A stretch of DNA of 64,000 nucleotides from Eledone cirrhosa (Eukaryota). The notes beneath the pieces are model-generated. The model was not told the DNA's origin and did not search any database. It saw nothing but the letters and a program-made list of their open reading frames with translations. Every line of letters starts with the position of its first letter. Position 1 is the first letter of the stretch. A program made the translations under genes and the position numbers. Positions 10,626 to 23,200 of the stretch are shown here, piece by piece. Location of the stretch: the NCBI GenBank assembly GCA_964016885.1, contig CAXHJY010001441.1, positions 186,001 to 250,000 on the forward strand, written 5' to 3'.

Positions 10626-11859
10626 TCTTTATTAGCCACAGGGGCAAAAGAATGGGACAAATACAAAGGGGGAAGTTTACATACAATAAAAACGTGTAAA
10701 ATGTTATCACAAATGCAATTTAAAAAAAAAATTAGTCGATTTTCCCCAATAGGGGGAGACATTCATATGGGTAACACATACCCCCTAAAAAACGTGCAAC
10801 CCTCATCTCCAGGAGTACGAAGAGTTTGTACTCCTTTCCTCTCCTCCTCCTTTTCCTCAACCTATAGATAGATAGGTAGATAGATAAATAGATAAATGTG
10901 AAACATATTTTGATAGTTTGCTTGTCAGTTATATAGGTACATTTAGACAGATAGATAAGTAGTTAGATACGCGTATAATTAGTAATATGTATAGAAAAGA
11001 TAGAGGTGAGAGTGCAGTACATTGATTTAGCACAGCAGTAGTTGCAGCAGCAGCAGCCTCAGCAGCAGCAGCAGCACCAGCCACAATAGCGGCAACAGCA
11101 GCAGCAACAGCAGCAGCAACTGTGCTGATCAATAACGACAGCACCATAATCACCGAAAGCAAGAAAAATGACAACAGCCCTAAGAATTGCAGCAAGCAGC
11201 AAGCAGCGACACCATCACCACATCCACTATTTACATACAGTTCTTGTATACTGGCTATAGCTTCTCATTTGAACTTATTATCATGGATAGACTGAGCTAT
11301 GTAACTACAGATTTATTTAACTGCCTAGAAATGTTGGTGTGCTTTTCCAAGAAAGAACAAAGAAAGTTATTCACATTATTTAAATTCAATCGATTAGTAA
11401 GTAGTTCAATAGTAATGTTTTTTATAAAACATTCTTGATATTTTCAATTCGTGTTTCCTAGTGTTTCCTAGTGTGAACATAAACACATAAACACTTGTGT
11501 GTATAGCATAAAAGGCAAATAAACGCACACATATAGATATGATGGCGCACTATATATATTCAGGCTTATTTTGCTCGTCAGTTAAAGTATCACCGCCCGA
11601 AAAGTGTCTTTTCCTACAGAGAGTCTGAGAGCCGTCCCCATGTCATAATCTGGTTCTTGATACACCGAATCTGACAAGAAAAGAGACGGACAGTATTGCC
11701 TTTCGTCATAAGTCTTTACATGATCGGTAATAAACCGGAGCTTAACAAAATCAACGATAAAAATTATACTTTATATATCAATAATAATTATATTGATTTT
11801 TAAGAATAATAATTTCATTTTCTGTCTATGGTACAAGGTAATTTGATTTATTTAGCACT

Positions 11860-12052
11860 AGGCATAATGAGGTTCTTTACATGTCCCCTCTATCCGCTAG
11901 AATTAAAGGCAGCCAAATTTCCCCTCAAGCTCAACCCATACACAAGCCCAAGCCATACACAAGATTCTTTAAAAAGTGGCACATTGGGTAATATGTTCCT
12001 CTGTTCTCGGAAAGTATTTGATTCAGGTTGACCTGCGATTAAACAACAACAG
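11860..12052 (+). repeat. Unclassified dispersed repeat; related fragments at ~13320-13430 and, in tandem, ~15300-15960
   Basis: A recurring motif (g)ctagaaa(t)agcagccaaat(c/t)tccctcaaatcacacc is seen in diverged form at ~11897, 13338, 15325, 15557, 15665 and 15777. Confidence 0.55.
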
Positions 12053-12299
12053 CGATTTCGAAAAGTAAAGTTGACATCGATGGGATTTAAGTTCAGAACC
12101 TAAAGGGCCGTAACTAAATACCAAAAGTAATTTCCACACAAAAACATATCTTTTTATAGCATTGGAATATATTTGCACACACACGAGAAATGACACAGTG
12201 AATAATATCGATCCCAGTTAAGAAACCTTCTTCGATTTCGAAGATATGGGCCCCAGATCCTCGGAAAAGCATACTCGAAAAATTCAGATACGTGTTTCC

Positions 12300-12803
12300 A
12301 TTAATGTATTTATGAGAGAAATTTAGCGTGACAGTGTATGACGCTCGCTATCTTCAATTTTGTATTCGTGCCAACCCTTACCTATCGTCAAGAATCTTGG
12401 GTAATGGCCGAAAGAATACGATCGCGAATACAAGCGGCCGAAATGGGGTTCCTCTGAAGGATCTTTGGAGTAACGTTACTCGATAGTGTGTGTACCTCGG
12501 AGTTCAGAGAGTCACTCCAGGTAGAACCGCTACTTCTGCGAATTGAGAGATCACAGCTCCGATACTATAGGCATGTGGTTATAATGTCTCAGGAAAGAAT
12601 GACTGGAGGAGCAACACCAACCGGCCGGAGTCCCACGAGTAGCCCCCGAGCAAAATAATAGATAATTGGATAAAATCCATGAGCTTGGCTGGTTTTGCTT
12701 GGGGATCTAGCCTGATCAGTTGGAAACGGTCGCTTCTGACAGGACCCGCAGGAAGGAGAATTTGAGGACTCTGCCCTCATAACTCTCTCTGGAATAATTG
12801 GGC
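12300..12803 (+). mobile_element. RTE-clade LINE 3' fragment, decayed
   Basis: From 12362 it translates to VFVPTLTYRQESWVMAERIRSRIQAAEMGFL*RIFGVTLLDSVCTSEFRESLQVEPLLLRIERSQLRYYRHVVIMSQER. This matches the PxLxYGxExW...EMxFLRRI...QLRWxGHVxRM pattern of RTE ORF ends. Confidence 0.85.
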
Positions 12804-12938
12804 GAAGAAGAAGAAGAAGAAGAAGAAGAAGAAGAAGAAGAAGAAGAAGAAGAAGAAGAAGAAGAAGAAGAAGAAGAAGAAGAAGAAGAAGAAGAAGAAG
12901 AAGAAGAAGAAGAAGAAGAAGAAGAAGAAGAAGAAGAC
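12804..12938 (+). repeat. Perfect (GAA)~45 tract, probably the expanded RTE tail
   Basis: Directly visible, and immediately 3' of the RTE fragment. Confidence 0.95.
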
Positions 12939-13439
12939 ATAGTTCGCTTTTAGAATTACAGATACAGTTCGTCCGACAAGCTTCCTAAATGTTCCAATCA
13001 ACCCAATTTTGTATACTTGATTCTCTCACCTCCACCCAACCCTTGCTAACATCGAAACATATGCAGAGCTTGGCGTCGTTTATACTTTCCCCACTCACTG
13101 ATTGCGATTCCTTGAATAACCAATGGTGGCATAGAATAATAGGTATGTCCATCAATTTACTGCACAGCGATAAAGGTGTTATGATAATGACCACAGCAAG
13201 TGCAACAACCACTACACATATAACACTAGCAAGAAGTGTGTTAATGAGCACATGAAAATAAAACGAATATGTCTCTACAACTCTAACAGCAAAAATACTA
13301 CAATGGTGCTTCTATGTGGTGTTTAGGACTTATTGGAAATAGTAGTTAAACTTCACTGAACTCGTATTCTACTGTCATAATAAAATTTAAAAAATGAGAC
13401 ATGTTGGACACTGTGGTTCCTTATATACGAAAGAATAAT

Positions 13440-14850
13440 GATTTAAACATTTAAACATAGATGGATGGGGGAAAAGTCAATTACATCAGCCCCAGTATTT
13501 GGTTGGTACTTTATTTTATCGAGTCCGGAAAGATGAAAGGCAAAGTTGAACTCGGTTGGATTTTGTACTCACATTATGTATTTTGTCCTACGTCTAATGA
13601 TACTGCCAATCCACCAGACTAGGCTATACAAGTAAATACATAAAATAATAATTGTTTATACTTTTGGCACAGGACCAGCAAATATCCAGTACATTACTGG
13701 TACTTTATTTTATCGACCCCGTAAGGATGAAAGACAAAGTTAATCTCTGCGGGAATTGAACTCAGACCGTAAAGGGCCGTAACTCAATGCTGAAAAGCAT
13801 GGCACCCGACCAACCATCGATACTGCCAATCCACTGATAATAATAATAATGAGTTCTAGTATCGGCACAAGGCCAATAATCTGGGGAAAAGGGAAAGTCG
13901 ATCAAATCGACCCCAGTCTGTGCGTTATTTTTACTGATGCTTTATTTTATCGATCACTTAAGGATGAAAGGCAAAGCTAACCTTGCGTTCTGAACTCAGA
14001 AAGTAAAGGACCGTAACTCTGTTCCGCGAATCATATTGTCGGACGCTCTGTTGATACTGCCATAATAATAATTGTTTCTACTTTTGGCAAAAGACCAGCA
14101 ATTATCCCAGTGTATTACTGGTACTTTATTTTATTGACCCCGTAAGGATGAAAGGCAAAGTTAACCTCGGCGGGATTTGAACTCAGAATGGCAAGGGCCG
14201 TAACTCTATGCTGCAAAGCATGGTGTCCGACCCTCTACCGATACTGCCATAATAATAATAAATAATTGCTTCTAACATAGGCATAAGGCCAGGAATTTGG
14301 TGGGAAATGGAAAGTCGATTAAGTTGACACCAATACTTGATTGGTCTCCTATTTAGCGACTGTGGTGTGGGGTGGGGGTGAAAAGCAAAGTTGATCTCGG
14401 TTGGATTTGAACTCAGAACACATACTGCAAATCATTTGTTCGTAATAATAATAATTGTTTCTACTTTTTGGCACAAAGCCAGCAATTACCCAGTGCATTA
14501 CTGGTACTTTATTTTATCGACCCCGTAAGGATGAATGGCAAAGTTAACCTCGGCGGGATTTGAACTCAGAATGGCAAGGGCCGTAACTCTATGCTGCAAA
14601 GCATGGCGTCCGACCCTCTACCGATACTGCCAATCCACAATAATAATAATGATAGTTTTTGATTTAGGCACAAGACCAACAATTCTGGAAGGATGGGAAA
14701 GTCGATTAAATTGACCCCAGTGCATTACTGGTACTTTATTTTATCGACCCCGTAAGAACAAAAGATAAAGTTAACGTCGGCAGTATTTGAACAAATACCG
14801 CAAACATTTGTTGGTAATAATAATAATGATGATGATAACAATAATAATAA
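13440..14850 (-). mobile_element. Head-to-tail cluster of seven SINE copies separated by (AAT)n
   Basis: Copies at about 13440-13620, 13646-13836, 13837-14061, 14062-14248, 14249-14442, 14443-14638 and 14639-14815. Each has a version of the tttattttatcgacccc...gatgaaaggcaaagtt core. Confidence 0.9.
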
Positions 14851-15959
14851 TATGTGGATGATGAAGACAGAAACAATCCCCATAATAATAAGTGCTCTAA
14901 TTATAAAAAAATAAACTCACACAGACATATACATAACTAAAACCCCACATACAGAAACAGCACTACAAGTAGCTGCACATATATTACGAAGAACATTTTG
15001 AATATCATACATCAGAAATTACATAAAAAAGCAGCAACACTGCACATGTCCTAGGAACACAGAGCTGTGCTCGTTAATGTTGTAACAATACACAATAAAA
15101 ATAGAAATAAGACAATTAAATAAAGAAAAAGAAAAAGGAAATGGGCTGAACATGACTGGAATATGTTTGCTCCATCAGGACTCACCCGCGTTCACCACCA
15201 CCACCACCACCACTAACAGCAGCAACAACAACGACAAAAAGTTATTATATACCAGCCCAGCATAAACCATAGCCCTACCAGCAAGTAGAATTATTAGGGT
15301 CTGAACTTCTATGCAGTCACTTGAAATGTTAGAATTAGCCCCTAAATATCACCCTTAATATCTTAAAATAAAATTTAGAAGAAAACAAAATTGAACTTTG
15401 TACTCCTAGATGCACTATGCCTAAATAAGATACAGGATAGTTGTTGATTGGGACACTTTTCGACAGAGGTAAATAAATTGGACTTTAAATAAGAATATCA
15501 ATACCACTATAGTAACAGCGAGTCTACGGGCCAGCTTTTATGAGGTCTCACGTGCTGCTAGATACAGCAGTCAAATCTTCATGAAATCACACCCCAAAGT
15601 TTTATGAGTGTATTTAAATATGCAGGAAGGAACGAGGAAATCCTCTACAAAGTAGCTAGACATGGTAGAAATAGCAGTTACATTTCCCTCAAATCACATT
15701 CTAATGTCTTATGTAAACATATATGAACGTATGCACGAGCAAATGAAGGAAACAAAAACGTAGTAGCTAGACATGGTAGTATTAACAGTCAAATGTCCCC
15801 GTCACCCTCAAATCTCTCCCTACGGTTTCATAAATAAAAAGAAAAAAATAGGGACGCATTAGGTAACGTAGTCTTAGATATCTCAATAGAAGACAGGAAG
15901 GTCATAGCTGGAAACCTTAGATTTTAAGCCTGCCCCAGTCAGTGCTGACGTAAGGACAC

Positions 15960-16915
15960 ATTACAACAGCAACTCCACCACCACTACCACCATAACCACT
16001 ACCAGCAACAACTACTATAACGTCAATGCCACCACCGCCACCACCAACCATCCCAACCCCACCCACCAGCACCACCACTACATCCACTACCACCACCACC
16101 AACACCACCGCCACCACCAATACCACCACCACCACCACCACCACCACCACCACCACCATCAACAACAACAACAACAATTACAACAACAACTACTACTACA
16201 ATTAACAGCAGTAGTAGCAGTAGTAGCAGCAATAGTAACAGTAGTAGTAGCAGTAGTAGTAGCAGCAGTAGCAGCAGTAGCAGTAGCAGTAACAGCAGTA
16301 GTAGCAGTAGTAGCTATAGTATAGATAGTAGCAGCAATAGTAGCAGCAGTAGTAACAGTAGTAGTAGCAGTAACAGCAGTAGTAGTAGTAGTAGCAGTAG
16401 TAGTAGCAGCAGTAGTAGCAGCAGTAGCAGCCGTAGCAGCAATAGCAGCAATAACAGCAGTAGCAGCAGTAGCAGCAGTAGTAGTAGCAGTAACAGCAGT
16501 AGTAGCATCAGTAGCAGCAGCAGTAGCAGCAGTAGCAGAAGCCGTAGCAGTAACAGAAGTAGTAGCAGCAGTAGCAGCAGTAGCAGTAGTAGCAGCAGTA
16601 GCAGCAGTAGCAGTAGTAGCAGCAGTAGCAGCAGTAGTAGCAGTAGTAGCTGCAGCAGCTATAGTAGTGAGAGTAGCAGCAGTTGCAGCGGTCGTAGCAA
16701 CATTAGCAGCAGCCGTAGCAGAAACAGCAGTAGTAGCAGCAACAGTAGTAGTAATCGTAGCAGCATTAGCAGTAGTAGCAGCAATGACAGCAGCAGTAGC
16801 AGCAATAACAGCATTAGCAGCAATAACAGCAGCAGCAGCTATAGTTGTAATAGAAGCAGCAGCAGTAGCAGAGCCGTAGCATCAGCATCAGCAGTGTGAC
16901 AACTATCACAGCAAT
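15960..16915. repeat. Compound trinucleotide low-complexity tract grading from (CAC)n to (CAA)n to (TAG/CAG)n
   Basis: Directly visible. It explains the poly-V, -G, -L and -A ORFs. Confidence 0.95.
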
Positions 16916-17061
16916 AACCGATGTAATGTTTGTTATAAAAGGTTAAGAAGTTATGGAGGTGTTGTTTGTATTTACGAAACGCTTAATCATGAATAAATTT
17001 CAAGCCGTATCCATCCCGCTTATTGTCCACTCGTTTATAGAGAGAATTCACTGCACAGACC

Positions 17062-17216
17062 TCTAACACATGTGGACATGCCTACAAAGTCAGAAAACAG
17101 CACAGTTCCCATTACTTTCGGAAACATTTTTACACGCTCAGAGTTACTGAAGCATGAAACAAACTACCTACATCAGTTGTTAGCTGTCGAGACACTGCAT
17201 CCTTTAAAACCTCCAT
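17062..17216 (+). mobile_element. CR1-clade LINE ORF2 extreme C-terminal fragment, 5'-truncated; seed of the satellite
   Basis: Translates to SNTCGHAYKVRKQHSSHYFRKHFYTLRVTEA*NKLPTSVVSCRDTASFKTSM. This matches the CR1 ORF2 end pattern TRGHxxK...RxxFFxxRVxxxWNxLPxxVV....SFK. Confidence 0.85.
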
Positions 17217-20200
17217 GGAACAAACTACCTGCATCAGTTGTTAGTTGTCGAGACACTGCATCCTTTAAAACCTCCATGGAACAAACTACCTGCATCAGAC
17301 GTTAGCTGTCGAGACACTGCATCCTTTAAAACCTCCATGGAACAAACTACCTGCATCAGACGTTAGCTGTCGAGACACTGCATCCTTAAAAACCTCCATG
17401 GAACAAACTACCTGCATCAGACGTTAGCTGTCGAGACACTGCATCCTTTAAAACCTCCATGAAACAAACTACCTACATCAGTTGTTAGCTGTCGAAACAC
17501 TGCATCCTTTAAAACCTCCATGGAGCAAACTACCTGCATCAGTCGTTAGCTGTCGAGACAGTGTATCCTTTAAAACCTCCGTGAAACAAACTACCTACAT
17601 CAGTTGTTAGCTGTCGAGACACTGCATCGTTTAAAACGTCCATGGAACAAACTACTTGCATCAGTCGTTAGCTATCGAGACACTGCATCGTTTAAAACCT
17701 CCATGGAACAAACTACCTGCATCAGTCGTTAGCTGTCGAGACACTGCATCCTTTAAAGCCTCCATGGAACAAACTACCTGCATCAGTTGTTAGCTGTCGA
17801 GACACTGCATCCTTTAAAACCTCCATGGAACAAACTACCTGCATCAGTTGTTAGCTGTCGAGACACTGCATCCTTTAAAACCTCCATGGAACAAACTACC
17901 TGCATCAGTCGTTAGCTGTTGAGACACTGCATCCTTTAAAACCCCCATGGAACAAACTACCTGCATCAGTCGTTAGCTGTCGAGACACTGCATCCTTTAA
18001 AACCTCCATGGAGCAAACTACCTACATCAGTTGTTAGCTGTCGAGACACTGCATCCTTTAAAACCTCCATGAAAACAAACTACCTGCATCAGTCGTTAGC
18101 TGTCGAGACACTGCATCCTTTAAAACCTCCATGGAGCAAACTACCTACATCAGTTGTTAGCTGTCGAGACACTGCATCGTTTAAAACCTCCATGAAACAA
18201 ACGACCTGCATCAGTTGTTAGCTGTCGAGACACTGCATCCTTTAAAACCTCAATGAAACAAACTGACTGCATCAGTTGTTAGCTGTCGAGACACTGGATC
18301 CTTTAAAACCTCCATGGAACAAACTACCTGCATCAGTTGTTAGCTGTCGAGACACTGCATCCTTTAAAACCTCAATGGAACAAACTACCTGCATCAGTTG
18401 TTAGCTGTCGAGACACTGGATCCTTTAAAACCTCCATGGAACAAAGTACCTGCATCAGTTGTTAGCTGTCGAGACACTGCATCCTTTAAAACCTCCATGG
18501 AACAAACTACCTGCATCAGTCGTTAGCTGTCGAGACACTGCATCCTTTAAAACCCCCATGGAACAAACTACCTGCATCAGTCGTTAGCTGTCGAGACACT
18601 GCATCCTTTGAAACCTCCATGGAGCAAACTACCTACATGAGTTGCTAGCTGTCGAGACACTGCATCCTTTAAAACCTCCATGAAACAAACTACCTGCATC
18701 AGACGTTAGCTGTCGAGACACTGCATCGTTTAAAACCTCCATGAAACAAACTACCTACATCAGTTGTTAGCTGTCGAGACACTGCATCGTTTAAAACGTC
18801 CATGGAACAAACAACCTGCATCAGTCGTTAGCTATCGAGACACTGCATCGTTTAAAACCTCCATGGAACAAACTACCTGCATCAGTCGTTAGCTGTGGAG
18901 ACACTGCATCCTTTAAAACCTCCATGGAACAAACTACCTGCATCAGTTGTTAGCTGTCGAGACACTGCATCCTTTAAAACCTCCATGGAACAAACTAACT
19001 GCATCAGTTGTTAGCTGTCGAGACACTGCATCCTTTAAAACCTCCATGGAGCAAACTACCTGCATCAGACGTTAGCTGTCGAGACAGTGTATCCTTTAAA
19101 ACCTCCATGAAACAAACTACCTACATCAGTTGTTAGCTGTCGAGACACTGCATCCTTTAAAACCTCAATGGAACAAACTACTTGCATCAGTCGTTAGCTG
19201 TCGAGACAGTGTATCCTTTAAAACGTCCATGGAACAAACTACTTGCATCAGTCGTTAGCTATCGAGACACTGCATCGTTTAAAACCTCCATGGAACAAAC
19301 TACCTGCATCAGTCGTTAGCTGTCGAGACACTGCATCCTTTAAAGCCTCCATGGAACAAACTACCTGCATCAGTTGTTAGCTGTCGAGACACTGCATCCT
19401 TTAAAACCTCCATGGAAAAAACTACCTGCATCAGTCGTTAGCTGTCGAGATACTGCATCCTTTAAAACCCCCATGGAACAAACTACCTGCATCAGTCGTT
19501 AGCTGTCGAGACACTGCATCCTTTAAAACCTCAATGGAACAAACTGCCTGCATCAGTTGTTAGCTGTCGAGACACTGGATCCTTTAAAACCTCCATGGAA
19601 CAAAGTACCTGCATCAGTTGTTAGCTGTCGAGACACTGCATCCTTTAAAACCTCCATGGAACAAACTACCTGCATCAGTCGTTAGCTGTCGAGACACTGC
19701 ATCCTTTAAAACCCCCATGGAACAAACTACCTGCATCAGTCGTTAGCTGTCGAGACACTGCATCCTTTGAAACCTCCATGGAGCAAACTACCTACATGAG
19801 TTGCTAGCTGTCGAGACACTGCATCATTTAAAACCTCCATGAAACAAACTACCTGCATCAGTCGTTAGCTGTCGAGACACTGCATCCTTTAAAACCTCCA
19901 TGGAGCAAACTACCTACATCAGTTGTTAGCTGTCGAGACACTGCATCCTTTAAAACCTCCATGAAAACAAACTACCTGCATCAGTCGTTAGCTGTCGAGA
20001 CACTGCATCCTTTAAAACCTCCATGGAGCAAACTACCTACATCAGTTGTTAGCTGTTGAGACACTGCATCGTTTAAAACCTCCATGAAACAAACGACCTG
20101 CATCAGTTGTTAGCTGTCGAGACACTGCATCCTTTAAAACCTCAATGGAACAAACTGCCTGCATCAGTTGTTAGCTGTCGAGACACTGGATCCTTTAAAA

Positions 20201-23200
20201 CCTCCATGGAACAAACTACCTGCATCAGTTGTTAGCTGTCGAGACACTGCATCCTTTAAAACCTCAATGGAACAAACTACCTGCATCAGTTGTTAGCTGT
20301 CGAGACACTGCATCGTTTAAAACGTCCATGGAACAAACAACCTGCATCAGTCGTTAGCTATCGAGACACTGCATCGTTTAAAACCTCCATGGAACAAACT
20401 ACCTGCATCAGTCGTTAGCTGTCGAGACACTGCATCCTTTAAAACCTCCATGGAACAAACTAACTGCATCAGTCGTTAGCTGTCGAGACACTGCATCCTT
20501 TAAAACCCCCATGGAACAAACTACCTGCATCAGTCGTTAGCTGTCGAGACACTGCATCCTTTAAAACCTCAATGGAACAAACTGCCTGCATCAGTTGTTA
20601 GCTGTCGAGACACTGGATCCTTTAAAACCTCCATGGAACAAACTACCTGCATCAGTTGTTAGCTGTCGAGACACTGCATCCTTTAAAACCTCAATGGAAC
20701 AAACTACCTGCATCAGTTGTTAGCTGTCGAGACACTGGATCCTTTAAAACCTCCATGGAACAAACTACCTGCATCAGTTGTTAGCTGTCGAGACACTGCA
20801 TCCTTTAAAACCTCCATGGATCAAACTACCTGCATCAGTCGTTAGCTGTCGAGACACTGCATCCTTTAAAACCCCCATGGAACAAACTACCTGCATCAGT
20901 CGTTAGCTGTCGAGACACTGCATCCTTTGAAACCTCCATGGAGCAAACTACCTACATGAGTTGCTAGCTGTCGAGACACTGCATCATTTAAAACCTCCAT
21001 GAAACAAACTACCTGCATCAGTCGTTAGCTGTCGAGACACTGCATCCTTTAAAACCTCCATGGAGCAAACTACCTACATCAGTTGTTAGCTGTCGAGACA
21101 CTGCATCCTTTAAAACCTCCATGAAAACAAACTACCTGCATCAGTCGTTAGCTGTCGAGACACTGCATCCTTTAAAACCTCCATGGAGCAAACTACCTAC
21201 ATCAGTTGTTAGCTGTTGAGACACTGCATCGTTTAAAACCTCCATGAAACAAACGACCTGCATCAGTTGTTAGCTGTCGAGACACTGCATCCTTTAAAAC
21301 CTCAATGGAACAAACTGCCTGCATCAGTTGTTAGCTGTCGAGACACTGGATCCTTTAAAACCTCCATGGAACAAACTACCTGCATCAGTTGTTAGCTGTC
21401 GAGACACTGCATCCTTTAAAACCTCAATGGAACAAACTACCTGCATCAGTTGTTAGCTGTCGAGACACTGCATCGTTTAAAACGTCCATGGAACAAACAA
21501 CCTGCATCAGTCGTTAGCTATCGAGACACTGCATCGTTTAAAACCTCCATGGAACAAACTACCTGCATCAGTCGTTAGCTGTCGAGACACTGCATCCTTT
21601 AAAACCTCCATGGAACAAACTAACTGCATCAGTCGTTAGCTGTCGAGACACTGCATCCTTTAAAACCCCCATGGAACAAACTACCTGCATCAGTCGTTAG
21701 CTGTCGAGACACTGCATCCTTTAAAACCTCAATGGAACAAACTGCCTGCATCAGTTGTTAGCTGTCGAGACACTGCATCGTTTAAAACCTCCATTAAACA
21801 AACTACCTACATCAGTTGTTAGCTGTCGAGACACTGCATCGTTTAAAACGTCCATGGAACAAACAACCTGCATCAGTCGTTAGCTATCGAGACACTGCAT
21901 CGTTTAAAACCTCCATGGAACAAACTACCTGCATCAGTCGTTAGCTGTCGAGACACTGCATCCTTTAAAACCTCCATGGAACAAACTACCTGCATCAGTT
22001 GTTAGCTGTCGAGACACTGCATCCTTTAAAACCTCCATGGAACAAACTAACTGCATCAGTCGTTAGCTGTCGAGACACTGCATCCTTTAAAACCTCCATG
22101 GAGCAAACTACCTGCATCAGTCGTTAGCTGTCGAGACAGTGTATCCTTTAAAACCTCCATGAAACAAACTACCTACATCAGTTGTTAGCTGTCGAGACAC
22201 TGCATCCTTTAAAACCTCAATGGAACAAACTACTTGCATCAGTCGTTAGCTGTCGAGACAGTGTATCCTTTAAAACGTCCATGGAACAAACTACTTGCAT
22301 CAGTCGTTAGCTATCGAGACACTGCATCGTTTAAAACCTCCTTGGAACAAACTACCTGCATCAGTTGTTAGCTGTCGAGACACTGCATCCTTTAAAACCT
22401 CCATGGAACAAACTACCTGCATCAGTCGTTAGCTGTCGAGACACTGCATCCTTTAAAACCTCCATGGAACAAACTACCTGCATCAGTCGTTAGCTGTCGA
22501 GACACTGCATCCTTTAAAACCCCCATGGAACAAACTACCTGCATCAGTCGTTAGCTGTCGAGACACTGCATCCTTTGAAACCTCCATGGAGCAAACTACC
22601 TACATGAGTTGCTAGCTGTCGAAACACTGCATCATTTAAAACCTCCATGAAACAAACTACCTGCATCAGTCGTTAGCTGTCGAGACACTGCATCCTTTAA
22701 AACCTCCATGGAGCAAACTACCTACATCAGTTGTTAGCTGTCGAGACACTGCATCCTTTAAAACCTCCATGAAAACAAACTACCTGCATCAGTCGTTAGC
22801 TGTCGAGACACTGCATCCTTTAAAACCTCCATGGAGCAAACTACCTACATCAGTTGTTAGCTGTTGAGACACTGCATCGTTTAAAACCTCCATGAAACAA
22901 ACGACCTGCATCAGTTGTTAGCTGTCGAGACACTGCATCCTTTAAAACCTCAATGGAACAAACTGCCTGCATCAGTTGTTAGCTGTCGAGACACTGGATC
23001 CTTTAAAACCTCCATGGAACAAACTACCTGCATCAGTTGTTAGCTGTCGAGACACTGCATCCTTTAAAACCTCAATGGAACAAACTACCTGCATCAGTTG
23101 TTAGCTGTCGAGACACTGCATCGTTTAAAACGTCCATGGAACAAACAACCTGCATCAGTCGTTAGCTATCGAGACACTGCATCGTTTAAAACCTCCATGG

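Noticed and set aside
16920-17060. Unique segment just before the CR1 fragment as a further part of the LINE
   Set aside because: It does not translate into recognisable CR1 sequence. It may be another repeat but cannot be classified by eye.
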